Below are positions 24,685-37,400 of a stretch of 64,000 nucleotides of DNA, piece by piece; within the stretch, counting starts at the first letter, position 1; each line of letters begins with the position of its first letter. This DNA comes from Octopus vulgaris. Lineage: Eukaryota. The notes below the pieces were generated by a model that saw only the letters and a list, made by a program, of their open reading frames with translations, did no database searches and was not told where the DNA came from. The stretch is taken from assembly GCA_951406725.2 (NCBI GenBank), contig CATOCA020000001.1, positions 8,246,001 to 8,310,000 on the forward strand, in the 5' to 3' direction. Made by a program: the position numbers and the translations under genes.

Positions 24685-24818
24685 CCTATTTCTGACAGAA
24701 TATCCGGGGCCACATAAGTGGGGGTTCCGCAAACAACGAACAAGGGTTGTTTTGCATCGGTTGCTAATCCAAAATCTCCAAGTTTCACAGCCTTTGATCC
24801 ATCATTCATCTCGCAGAC
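24685..24818 (-). CDS. Exon of doublecortin-like kinase (subdomains VII-VIII, DFG and activation loop)
   Basis: cctttttttcag|GTC...GG|gtaagt; 134 nt = [44 protein letters not shown](G), resembling DCLK1 [45 protein letters not shown]. Confidence 0.9.
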
Positions 24819-24877
24819 CTGAAAAAAAGGAATAAAATGAAATCACAAGATGGCTTTTTGGCTTTTATAATTTGAAG

Positions 24878-24950
24878 ATCATCATTGTCATCATCATCAT
24901 CGTCATCATCGTCGTCGTCGTCGTCGTCATCATCATCATCATCATCATCC

Positions 24951-25026
<76 letters not shown>

Positions 25027-25226
25027 AATCATCGTCATCATAATCATCGTCATCAACAACATCATATTCATCATCATCATCATCGTCATCATCATCATCA
25101 TCATCATAATCATAATCATCATAATCATCATCATCGTCATCATCATCATCATAATCATCATCATCGTCATCATCGTTATCATCGTCATCATCGTCGTCAT
25201 CATCGTCGTCGTCGTCATTATCATCG

Positions 25227-25275
<49 letters not shown>

Positions 25276-25326
25276 TATTATTATTACCATCACCATCACC
25301 ATCACCATCATCATCATCATCATCAT
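24878..25326. repeat. (CAT)n/(CGT)n trinucleotide microsatellite
   Basis: Direct reading; abuts the 3' end of the minus-strand S3 repeat. Confidence 0.95.
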
Positions 25327-25481
25327 CGTTTAATGTCCGTTTTCCGTGCTAGCACGGGTTGGACGGTTCGACTGAGGTTTTGGAAGCCAGGAGGCTGCAC
25401 CAGGCCCCAGTGTGATCTGGCAGTGTTTCTACAGCTGGATGCCCTTCCTAACGCCAACCACTCCGTGAGTGTAGTGAGTGC

Positions 25482-25520
<39 letters not shown>

Positions 25521-25676
25521 TCGTTTAACGTACGTTTTCCATGATAGCAAAGGTTAGACGGTTTGACTGAGGTTTGGGAAGCCAGGAGGCTGCACCAGGC
25601 TCCAGTCTGATCTGGCAGAGTTTCTACAGCTGGATGCCCTTCCTAACGCCAACCACTCCGTGAGTGTAGGGGGTGC

Positions 25677-25745
<69 letters not shown>

Positions 25746-25909
25746 TCGTATCATCGTTTAACGTCCGTTTTCCATGCTAGCATGGGTTGGACGGTTCGAC
25801 CAGGGTCTGGGATGCCAGAAGGCTGCACCAGGCCCCAGTCTGATCTGGCAGTGTTTCTACAGCTGGATGCCCTTCCTAACGCCAACCACTCCAAGAGTGT
25901 AGTGGGTGC

Positions 25910-25948
<39 letters not shown>

Positions 25949-26121
25949 TCATATCATCGTTTAACGTACGTTTTCCATGCTAGCAAGGTTGGACGGTTTG
26001 ACTGTGGTCTGGGAAGCCAGAAGGCTGCACCAGGCCCCAGTCTGATCTGGCAGAGTTTCTACAGCTTGATGCCCTTCCTAACACCAACCACTCCGTGAGT
26101 GTAGTGGGTGCTACATGTATA

Positions 26122-26190
<69 letters not shown>

Positions 26191-26306
26191 TCATATCTTC
26201 GTTTAACGTCCGTTTTCCCTGCTAGCATAGGTTGGACGGTTCGACCGGGTTATGGGAAGCCAGGAGGCTGCACCAGGTTCCATTCTTATCTGGCAGTGTT
26301 TCTACA
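25322..26306 (-). mobile_element. Tandem array (~5 units) of SINE/RTE-like 3' fragments (family S3) separated by (TA)n
   Basis: Minus-strand unit ...ggttggcgttaggaagggcatccagctgtagaaa...ccgtccaacccatgctagcatggaaaacggacgttaaacgatga. Confidence 0.7.
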
Positions 26307-26309
26307 TAT

Positions 26310-26810
26310 TTAAGAAGTAAGATAACGTTTTCAGGCGGCACCGAGGAAGATATTAGGACGAGAATAAGTAAGGCAAGGACCGCTTTTCACCTGTTAAAGA
26401 AAGTATGGAGTGCAAGTGTAATTTCAATAAAGAACAAAATAAGAATTTTTTACAAAAAAAAAGCGGTGTTATTGTATGGGGCTGAGACATGGCGAACAAC
26501 AGTTAAGTCAAATAAGCAAATACAATCATTCATCAACAGATGCTTGCGTAGTATACTTAAAATTAAATGGCCCCAACACATAAGCAATATGGAGCGATGG
26601 CAAAGAACAAATCAAGTTTCGATTAGGGAGCAAATATTTAAGAAAAAGTGGAAGTGGATTGGTAGCACAATTAGAAACGATACACCAAATGTAGCGAAAA
26701 GTGCTTTAAAGTGGAAACCGGTTGGATATAGAAGGAGAGGTAGGCCTAAGAACACGTGGCGGAGATCAACACATAAGGAACTAGAGAAAGGGGGACATAA
26801 GTGGCCTATA
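26310..26810 (+). pseudogene. RTE-clade LINE reverse transcriptase C-terminal fragment
   Basis: YLRSKIT..GGTEEDIRTRISKARTAF..LKKVW..KIRIF..AVLLYGAETW..F..RCLR.IL.I.W...WKWIG...RRRGRPKNTW; further pieces at ~27605-27810 and ~28025-28320. Confidence 0.8.
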
Positions 26811-27149
26811 CTCCAGCATGGCCGCAGTCAAATGACTGAAACAAGTAAAAGAGTAAAGAGTAAGAGTATGTATATAATGGCATATCTTTCTCGCGGACGC
26901 TCTAAGGAATAGAGTCTTAATCTCTTGAGTCTTTCCCAGTAGCTTATATGCTGTACAGAGGCTATCTTCTTCGGATATTTTAGACTATTTACAACTACTC
27001 AACAAATTCGCTTGTTCGTATCATAGGTAGGAGTGGTAAGTAGCTTGCGTACCAGCTACATTGTTCCGGGTTCAGTCCCACTGCGTGGAAACTGAGAAAA
27101 GAAACCTATATATATATATATATATATTAAGCATGACCAACCACATGGT

Positions 27150-27197
<48 letters not shown>

Positions 27198-27225
27198 AGC
27201 ATGCTTACCAACCACATGGTAATAA

Positions 27226-27260
<35 letters not shown>

Positions 27261-28463
27261 TATAATATATATATATATATTATTAGCTTGCTTACCAACC
27301 ACATGGTTCCGGGTTCAGTCCCACTGCGTGGCACCTTGTGCAAGTGTCTTCTACTATAGCCTCGGGCCGACCAAGGCCTTCTGAGTGGATTTGGTAGACA
27401 GAAACTGAAAGAAGCCCATCGTATATATATATATATATATACATATATAGGTGTAGGAATGGCTGTGTGTTAAGTAGCTTGTTTACCAAACACATGGTTC
27501 CGGGTTCAGTCCCACTGCGTGGCACCTTATATGCTGCACAGAGGCTTCTGCGTGTAGCTTCGTTGGATCGCCTCAAGTTCTGTGATTAAAAACTATGGCA
27601 AAGATGAAATCAAGTTTCGATTAGGGAGCAAATATTTAAGAAAAAGTGGAAGTGGATTTGGTAGCACAATTAGAAAAGACACACCAAATGTAGTGAAAAG
27701 TGCTTTAAAGTGGAAACCGGTTGGATATAGATGTAGAGGTAGGCCTAAGAACTCGTGGCGGAGATCAACACATAAGGAACTAGAGAAAGGGGGACATAAG
27801 TGGCCTATACTCCAGCATGGCCGCAGTCAAATGACTGAAACAAGTAAAAGAGTTAAGAGTAAGAGTATGTATATTATGGCATATCTTTCTCGCCTACGCT
27901 CTAAGGAATAGAGTCTTAATCTCTTGAGTCTTTCCCAGTAGCTTGTATGCTGCACAGAGGCTATCTTCTTCGTGTAGCTTCGTTGGATCGCCTCAAGTTC
28001 TGTGATTAAGAACTATGGCAAAGATGAAATCAAGTTTCGATTAGGGAGCAAATATTTAAGAAAAAGTGGAAGTGGATTGGTAGCACAATTAGAAAACACA
28101 CACCAGATGTAGCGAAAAGTGCTTTAAAGTGGAAACCGGTTGGATATAGAAGAAGAGTTAGCCCTAAGAACTCGTGGCGGAGATTAACACATAAGGAACT
28201 AGAGAAAAGGGGACATACATGGCAGAGTATAAGTACAAGAGCAAAGAATTATGCGACATGGAATTCAACTATATGTGGCCTACACTCCGCGCTGGAGGGT
28301 TTAAGGAATAAAGAAGAAAGAATGTTTATAAAGAGCTGGAATCATTTGTCATCAGTGGGGACACAAGTGTAAAGTATAATTCTGTCTGTGTGTACGATGC
28401 TGTTAACGACCGTCGATGGTTTACCTCAGTCGTGAGGAATAGCCATCATATGTGTATATATTA

Positions 28464-28696
28464 TTTCTTTACTACCCACAAGGGGCTAAACACAGAGGGG
28501 ACAAACAAGGACAGACAAACGGATTAAGGCGATTATATCACCACCCCAGTGCGTAACTGGTACTTATTTAATCGACCCCGAAAGGATGAAAGGCAAAGTT
28601 GACCTCGGCGGAATTTGAACTCAGAACGTAACGGCAGACGAAATACCGCTAAGAATTTCGCCCGGCGTGCTAACGTTTCTGCAAGCTCGCCGCCTT
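28464..28696 (-). mobile_element. Full-length S1 SINE, minus strand
   Basis: Reverse complement of the 17622-17855 family. Confidence 0.8.
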
Positions 28697-28792
28697 AAAT
28701 AAAGATAACACAGGGTGAAATCGAACCCAAAACCTCGTAATGCCAATGCTTAACGCTTAACTATTCAGCTAGAGTATATAAACAGGAGCAAT

Positions 28793-29242
28793 GGAGGCGC
28801 AATGGCCCAGTGGTTAGGGCAGCGGACTCGCGGTCATAGGATCGCGGTTTCGATTAACAGACCGGGCGTTGTGAGTGTTTATTGAGCGAAAACACCTAAA
28901 GCTCCACGAGGCTCCGGCAGGGGATGGTGGTGAACCCTGCTGTACTCTTTCACCACAACTTTCTCTCACTCTTACTTCCTGTTTCTGTTGTACCTGTATT
29001 TCAAAGGGCCGGCCTTGTCACTCTCTGTGTCACGCTGAATATCCCCGAGAACTACGTTAAGGGTACACGTGTCTGTGGAGTGCTCAGCCACTTGCACGTT
29101 AATTCCACGAGCAGGCTGTTCCGTTGATCGTATCAACTGGGACCCTCATCGTCGTAACCGACGGAGTGCTTCTGCAGGGGTGGTGGTGAACCCTGCTGTA
29201 CTCTTTCACCACAACTTTCTCTCACTCTTACTTCCTGTTTCT
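28793..29242 (+). mobile_element. tRNA-derived SINE (family S4) with partial tandem second unit
   Basis: tRNA-like head ggaggcgcaatggcccagtggttagggcagcggactcgcggtc...ggtttcgatt; body shared with the ~257-bp tandem repeats at 32391-33313 and 63005-63415. Confidence 0.75.
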
Positions 29243-29244
29243 TT

Positions 29245-29969
29245 GTACCATGAAGTCGTTGTTCTAAAAGAACGCTGGTCTCCTTGACAACGCTTTACGA
29301 CGTTGATTTCCTTACACTCCCTTCCCCACAGCTTCACGAGGGAGGGAAGAAGGGGGAGAAGCAACACAGGTGCAGGTGTGAGCGTGGACGCCAACTCCGC
29401 CGCCATCGACACACGAAAAAATATGCGTTAAAATGGAAAATAATTATGGTAAATTATTTTTTAAATCGTGGACTCATCGTAGACGCGCGCTAATACCCAG
29501 AAGGGCTCTATATGAATCACGACTATAAGATACCCGGTTTTGGTTAAACTGCACCGCAAAATGTGGGAGTAGTTAGGAATCTAAATCGTAGGAGACAGAC
29601 AGACACACAACTTCACTTTTATATATAAAGATTTGTGCAACAACTAAAACATTCGGTTGTGCAAATTGTTTGCACAGGAAACCTGCCCTGTGTGGCGGTT
29701 TTTGCCGTTTTTGTGGATCTGTTTCAGCTTTTTTAGCGATTTCTGTTTTGGCGACTTCAAGCATTAAAATGGAAAAAAATGATGGTAAATTAATTTTAAA
29801 ATCGTAGACTCATCGTAGACGCGCGCTAATACCCAGACGGGCTCGATATGAATCACGACTATAAGATACCCGAATTTGGTTAAACTGCACCGCAAAATGT
29901 GGGAGTAGTTAGGAATCTAAATCGTAGGAGACAGACAGACACACAACTTCACTTTTATATATAAAGATA
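29245..29969 (-). mobile_element. Probable non-autonomous Helitron-like element with a duplicated ~200-bp terminal segment
   Basis: Direct repeats 29428-29631 and 29764-29969 end in gacagacagacacacaacttcacttttatatataaagat (minus-strand start A|TCTTTATATATAAAAG, resembling non-autonomous Helitron 5' ends). Confidence 0.5.
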
Positions 29970-30154
29970 TGTATATAAAGGACAGGCGTCTTTCAGTTTT
30001 CTTCTTTCGGATCTACTCAGAAAACTCGAGGTTATGGAAGACTGTCACCTAAGGTGCAATGTCATGGGTCTGACTGAACCCGGAATCATGTGGTTGGGAA
30101 GCAAACTGCTTAGAATATAGCCCACACCCGCGACTATATATACATGCATATATA

Positions 30155-30563
30155 CTCTTTTACTCTTTTACTTGTTTCAGTCATTTTGACTGCGGCCATG
30201 CTGGAGCACCGCCTTTTAATCGAGCAACTCGACCCCGGGACTTATTCTTTTGTAAGCCCAGTACTTATTCTATCGGTGTCTTTTGCCGAACCGCTAAGTA
30301 ACGGGGACATAAACACACCAGCATCGGTTGTCAAGCAATGCTAGGGTGGCAAACACAGACACGCAAAACACAAACACGCATATATATATATATATATACA
30401 TATATATGATGGGCTTCTTTCAGTTTCCGTCTACCAAATCCACTCACACGGCATTGGTCGGCCCGAGGCTATAGTAGAAGACACATGCCCAAGGTGCCAC
30501 GCAGTGGGACTGAACCCGGAACCATGTGGTTGGTTAGCAAGCTACTTACCACACAGCCACTCC
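30155..30563 (-). mobile_element. S2 CORE-type SINE, full length
   Basis: Reverse complement of the S2 head, CORE and tail. Confidence 0.8.
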
Positions 30564-30668
30564 ATATATGTATGTGTGTTTGTATATTTGTACACACACA
30601 CACACACATGTACACATACATACATACTTGTATCTATCTATCTGTCTGTCTGTCTGTATATATACGTG

Positions 30669-30757
30669 AGTGTGTGTGTGTGTGTGTGTGCGTGTGTGTG
30701 TGTGTGTTTGCGCGCGTGCACACACACACACACACAGACACACACACACACACACAG

Positions 30758-30802
<45 letters not shown>

Positions 30803-30803
30803 T

Positions 30804-30835
<32 letters not shown>

Positions 30836-30971
30836 ACACACACACACACAGATACACACACAGACACACAGACACACACACACACAAACAGATACACACA
30901 CAGACACACACACAGATACACACACACACACAGATACACACACAGACACACAGACACACACACACACACAG

Positions 30972-31005
<34 letters not shown>

Positions 31006-31064
31006 ACAGATACACACACAGACACACACACACACACACACACAGATACACACACAGACACACA

Positions 31065-31118
<54 letters not shown>

Positions 31119-31304
31119 TACACACACAGACACACACACACACACACACAGACACACACACACACACAACACACACACACACACACACACACAGATACAC
31201 ACAGACACACATACACACACACAGACACACAGACACATACAGACACACACACAGACACACACACACACACACAGATACACACACACAGACACCCACACAC
31301 ACAG

Positions 31305-31339
<35 letters not shown>

Positions 31340-31391
31340 GACACACACACACATATACACACACAGACACACACACACTCACAGACACACA

Positions 31392-31432
<41 letters not shown>

Positions 31433-31478
31433 ACACACAGACACACACACACACAGATACACACACACACACACACAC
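30669..31478. repeat. (TG)n followed by a long (CA)n/(CAGA) microsatellite
   Basis: Direct reading. Confidence 0.95.
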
Positions 31479-31553
31479 GTCTTACATATAAAAGATACTC
31501 CTAAAAGCTCCTAATGACGGTTTTGTTGTTTTTGGGTTTTGTTTTATAGTTTT

Positions 31554-31608
31554 AGTAGTAGTAACAGCAGCAGTTGTGATGGTGGTGGTGGGAGTAGTAG
31601 TAGTAGAG

Positions 31609-31677
<69 letters not shown>

Positions 31678-31738
31678 ACAACAGCAGTAGTTGTAACAGC
31701 TGCAGTTGTGGTGGTGGTGGTGGTAGTGGTAGTAGTAA

Positions 31739-31831
<93 letters not shown>

Positions 31832-31859
31832 CAGCAGTAGTAGTAGTAGTAGTAGTAGT

Positions 31860-31891
<32 letters not shown>

Positions 31892-31898
31892 TAGTAGT

Positions 31899-31936
<38 letters not shown>

Positions 31937-32012
31937 TAGTAGCAGCAGCAGCAGTAGTAGTAGTAGTAGTAGTAGTAGTAGCAGCAGCAGCAGTAGTAGT
32001 AGTAGTAGTAGA

Positions 32013-32068
<56 letters not shown>

Positions 32069-32090
32069 CAGCAGCAGCAGCAGCAGCAAC

Positions 32091-32128
<38 letters not shown>

Positions 32129-32139
32129 CAGCAGCAGCA
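31554..32139. repeat. (AGT)n/(AGC)n trinucleotide microsatellite
   Basis: Direct reading; its mirror (CTA/CTG)n is at 63633-64000. Confidence 0.95.
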
Positions 32140-32390
32140 TCTGCGAAATTCTTTCCAAAAAGCATTTGAAGTCGTAATGTGACTACGATTGCCAGGCATA
32201 CATTTCAAACAGACCTGACCTCACCTACTCCATATAAATAGACTGACCCAAATAACTTAGCCACGCCCACATCCTTTTGACGTCGCCTATTCCTTTTGCC
32301 CGGTGGGAGGGGAATTTCAATGATCATTACTTCCACCCTATCCTTTAGGCTCCGCCTTTTTTTTTAGAGATGATTTGCTCCTGTTTATGG

Positions 32391-33313
32391 AAGCACTCCG
32401 TCGGTTACGACGATGAGGGATCCGGTTGATCCGATCAACGGAACAGCCTGCTCGTGGAATTAACGTGTAAGTGGCTGAGCACTCCACAGACACGTGTACC
32501 CTTAACGTAGTTCTCGGGGATATTCAGCGTGACACAGAGAGTGACAAGGCCGGCCCTTTGAAATACAGGTACAACAGAAACAGGAAGTAAGAGTGAGAGA
32601 AAGTTGTGGTGAAAGAGTACAGCAGGGATCAACACCACTCCCTGCAGGAGCACTCCGTCGGTTACGACGATGAGGGTTCCAGTTGATCCGAATCAACGGA
32701 ACAGCCTGCTCGTGGAATTAACGTGTAAGTGGCTGAGTACTCCACAGACACGTGTACCCTTAACGTAGTTCTCGGGGATATTCAGCGTGACACAGAGAGT
32801 GACAAGGCCGGCCCTTTGAAATACAGGTACAACAGAAACAGGAAGTAAGAGTGAGAGAAAGTTGTGGTGAAAGAGTACAGCAGGGATCACCACCATCCCC
32901 TACCGGAGCACTCCGTCGGTTACGACGATGAGGGATCCGGTTGACCCGATCAATGGAACAGCCTGCTCGTGGAATTAACGTGTAAGTGGCTGAGTACTCC
33001 ACAAACACGTGGACCCTTAACGTAGTTCTCGGGGATATTCAGCGTGACACAGAGAGTAACAAGGCCGGCCCTTTGAAATACAGGTACAACAGAAACAGGA
33101 AGTAAGAGTGAGAGAAAGTTGTGGTGAAAGAGTACAGCAGGGATCACCACCATCCCCTGCGGGAGCACTCCGTCGGTTACGACGATGAGGGTTCCAGTTG
33201 ATCCGATCAACGGAACAGCCTGCTCGTGGAATTAACGTGTAAGTGGCTGAGCACTCCACAGACACGTGTACCCTTAACGTAGTTCTCGGGGATATTCAGC
33301 GTGACACAGAGAG
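32391..33313 (-). repeat. Tandem ~257-bp repeats of the S4 SINE body (~3.6 units)
   Basis: Repeating agcactccgtcggttacgacgatgaggg...gaaagagtacagcagggatc. Confidence 0.85.
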
Positions 33314-33402
33314 GAATCCTATTTTTTGGCTATAACTCTCTAATAATGCTTATATAATTATTTCCCTTACAAACCCGAGCAACGCCGGGCGATACTGCTA
33401 GT
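33314..33402 (+). mobile_element. Helitron-like 3' terminus fragment
   Basis: Subterminal hairpin cccgagcaacgccggg followed ~8 nt later by CTAG|T; mirror copy at 62916-63004. Confidence 0.55.
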
Positions 33403-33696
33403 ATCTATATAAAATTACATAAGGGTAGAAATTAATATTAATCAATTAAAACCAATTGACGTCTATATCTAGCATACAGGGTGTCCACTTTTAGTGGTCA
33501 GTCCTCTAAATTTCGTTTATATATATATATACACACACACACACAAAACACACATATAAGAGGAATGACCACCACCCTCTAATATGTATGTAATATTATT
33601 TTTTCTGAATCTTCAGATTTTTTCAATATGCTAGGCCACTGGTTTAAATTGATATTAATTAAGTTAATATTCAATTGTTTTACCTTTATTATTTAA

Positions 33697-33734
<38 letters not shown>

Positions 33735-33762
33735 GCACACACACACACACACACATATATAT

Positions 33763-34141
33763 ATTACTCTTTTACTTGTTTCAGTCATTTGACTGCGGCC
33801 ATGCTGGAGCACCGCCTTTAGTCGAGCAAATCGACCCCGGGACTTATTCTTTGTAAGCCCAGTACTTATTCTATCGGTCTCTTTTGCCGAACCGCTAAGC
33901 GACGGGGACGTAAACACACCAGCATCGGTTGCCAAGCAATGCTAGGGGGACACACAAACACACACACACTTACATATATATATATAAATATATACGACAG
34001 GCTTCTTTCAGTTTCCGTCTACCAAATCCACTCACAAGGCATTGGTCGGCCTGGGGCTATAGCAGAAGACACTTGCCCAAGATGCCACGCAGTGGGACTG
34101 AACCCGGAACCATGTGGTTGGTTAGCAAGCTACTTACCACG

Positions 34142-34142
<1 letters not shown>
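33763..34142 (-). mobile_element. S2 CORE-type SINE (mirror at 62183-62561, +)
   Basis: Matches the S2 family. Confidence 0.8.
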
Positions 34143-34230
<88 letters not shown>

Positions 34231-34231
<1 letters not shown>

Positions 34232-34381
34232 CTTTTTATTGTAGCCACACAGGGCTAAACACAAAATAAAAATGGACGAAATACAATGTAGAATTTTTCT
34301 TTTCGAGGTGGGATGTGTGGGGCACAAAAAAAACAACGTTTGATCAATAGGGATCTGTGGGTTGTGTGGTGTATAAAAAAG

Positions 34382-34425
<44 letters not shown>

Positions 34426-37400
34426 TCACAGTTTAGGTGTAGCCCTGGAAAGAAAAACCTACAAAAAAGACCAAGGTCACCTCAGACAATTCGAAAAAGA
34501 ACACATGAGCAAGTCGCCTTACTTCTCGTTGTCTCTTTTGGTTACAGATTTATGCTTAAAATAGTGTCGTCTTTCATACTGACCATTTTTGCCACTTTTA
34601 CCCACTTTTTATTAAAACATTCGTTCGACAAAGCCTTCCTCTCTATTCTCATCCTCCTTTTCAAGTGGTACTTGAAAAAGTTGACGAGAGACTGACCAGA
34701 GAGGAAGGTGTTTGTTTGCAGTCCTTTCAAACGCGTCCACCACACACATTCTTTCGCCATAGCCATCAGCGTAACGAAAACCGTTTTCCCTTCCCGTTTA
34801 AAGGAAGGTGGTGGAACAATATTCACGATAGACTCGGCCGATAGGCGAGCCTGACCTACACGTGACAACAGCTGTTCGACGAAGGACCACAGCTCTGAAA
34901 TATCTGGACACTGCACGAGTGCGTGCAGAACGGTTTCGTCGCTCTGACCGCATCTCGGGCAGGTCGGTCCGGTGATGGTTTTCGAACCATGCCTGTAGCT
35001 CTTCTCTCGAACGGGTAGTGCGTCTCGATAGCACTGCCAAGCCAGGGATTTCTGGAAGTTATCCATAGGCCCCGGCCCGAACGTCGTCCTGAACAGGCGG
35101 GTTAGGAATTTCTCGTCGACGCCCAGGTTTGCCCCGAGTGTGTCGTCGGACCTCCCTCCACTAGTCCTCTATAGAACGCTTTAGTCGTTTGTAAGTTGCA
35201 CAAGTTTGACCCCGGTCGGCAGAGCTGCTGTAGAGCTTGGCGACACTCTCGGTGCCAATCGCCCAGTTTCGGTCTCTTTTTGATCCACGTTTGCAGTTCG
35301 GTCAGTGAGACGAGTTGCGGGAAGAGGCGCCTCACAAATGGCGCCCACACCTGTTCACCGTCGTCGATGAAGTTCCAGAGATGCCGCAGTCTCAGCGCAT
35401 GCCTGCGCATCATCAACCACGGCATGCCCAGTCCTCCATTCAACGGATGTTGACAGCAAATGGACTTCCTCACCATCGGAACGCCACCCTTCCACAGGAA
35501 GCGGAAGAGTATGCGTTCCAGTTTGGTGATGGTGGAGTCGGGACAAGGTACGACGGTCAGGCGGTAATCGATGACGGATGCGATGTACGCGTTCGCCACC
35601 TCCGCCCGGCCTTTTAGAGACAGCTTTCTCTCGGCCCATGTTTGGCTGAGAGCGACCACTCTACTCGTGATCTCGTCCCAGTTCTTATCCATTTGGAGGT
35701 CCGGACTGAACCAGACCCCGAGCAATTTAACCGGTCCGTCCTTCCAGCGTCCCACTACTGAGCCGCAGTCGGACGGCATGGGCTTGCTTCTCCAGGTGCC
35801 GAGTAGCAAACCCACTGACTTTTCCGGGTTAATCTTCGCTCCCGTCACCGTTTCGTATTTTCTTAGTGTCTCGCCTATCATCTGGATGTGTTTGTCGCTC
35901 GACACTATGACGGTGACATCGTCCGCATATGCCGACACGCTCGTCCCGCAACCCAGTTCCCGTGGGATGCCCCTCAGTGTCGCCAGCTTCCGTAGTAGCG
36001 GCTCGAGAGTCAATACATACCGAAGCGCCGACAGGGGACACCCCTGACGGACCGAACGTGTGATGTCAAACGGTTTCGACAGGTGACCGTTCACCCGAAT
36101 CACCGATCGGATGCCGCTATACAAGGCAGCGATCCAACCGCGGAAGACGGAACCGAAGCCAGCCGCCCTGAGGACGGCCGCCAAGTACCGATGGTCGACC
36201 CTATCGAAGGCTTTAGACTGATCCAAATTGATCAGCGCCCCACCCATGCCAGGATCCTTAACTACCCTGTCCACAATGTAGCGCATCAGATGGAGGTTGT
36301 CATGTATGGTTCTGCCCGGCACGGCGCATGTTTGCGCCCTGTCGACCAGTTTATCAATGACAAGCGCCAACCTCTCGGCTATTACTTTGGCCAAAATTTT
36401 CAAATCTGCGTTGAGCAGAGTGATGGGCCTGAAATAATCTATAAAATTCCCCTTGTTTGGGTCTTTCCTCAGCAACGTCACTGCACCTCGGCTCACGAAA
36501 CCGGGGATTCTCCCGTTTTGTTGCCAGTTGCAGTAGACTGATGCCAAGAGGTCGCCAAACAAGTCTGGCATTTGACAATACAGCTCGTAGGGTAAACCAT
36601 CCAATCCAGGCGACTTATCCCTCGTGCAGCCCGCCATCGCATCCCACACGTCAGCGGCTGTGATGGGACTTTCACAACACTCCGCTTCTCTTGCCGAGAG
36701 CCGCGGCAGGTCGGTCAGGTAGGCACTGAAATCCATCCCACGTTCCGACCCACCACTCGCACCAAACAGTCGAGCAAAGTGCTGTTGAAAGGCCTCACAC
36801 ATCCTTTCGGGTTCGAGTAAACTGCATCCCTGTTGATCTATTAAAGACCGAATGGTGTCTCTGTTGCCACGCTGCGCCTCCGCTACCCGGGCCTCTCGCG
36901 CAGCTTCGATCCCTTCCTTCCTTAAGGCACGCATTTTAGCTCTGACGACCCAACCTCCGTGCTTGGCGTTGAGGTGTTGGTCGAGGGCCATCCTCGCAGC
37001 CAGCACGTTGGTTGCGCTGCCAGTGGTAAGTGCCTCTTCTAGTTTCTTAACCAGGTCTCCCTCTACTCTATTTCGATCTATCGCTAATTCCTTGCTAAAC
37101 CTAATTGATTCCGATTTTATTGCCATTTTCAGGGCGTACCACCAGCGGTTGTTAACGACGGCTCCCGTCAGCGCCCTCTTAATTAACTCGCTAATCCGGT
37201 TCCTGTAAACCTGTCGCGCTAATAGCAACGTGTTCAGTTTCCAGTAACCGGGACCCTGTCTATGTGTCTTATCTAACTCGAGCGTACACGTCACAAATTT
37301 GTGATCTGTGTAGCTGACTATTTTAAATTGTGGACATCCTACACTATCCCTATCCTCTGTCCTGCATAAAATTCTATCTAGATAAGATCTCGACGATCCG

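Noticed and set aside
24865-25333. Poly-M/poly-I ORFs; also poly-S/T/L/V at 31.5-32.2 kb, IYLS repeats in GATA tracts and RE repeats at 10860-11585
   Set aside because: Simple-repeat artefacts.
28370-28410. Minus-strand VNSIVHTDRII resembling the kinase IVHRDIK motif
   Set aside because: No KPEN motif, no suitable splice sites and no flanking similarity; judged a chance match.
28793-28870. Possible tRNA gene (also a degenerate minus-strand tRNA-like stretch at ~28716-28774)
   Set aside because: The acceptor and T stems do not close properly and the sequence continues into a repeat body; it is a SINE head.
35196-37208. Antisense ORFs overlapping Tx1 ORF2 (e.g. 35571-36047, 41456-42166 and mirrors)
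   Set aside because: Shadow ORFs of GC-rich coding sequence with no recognisable motifs.
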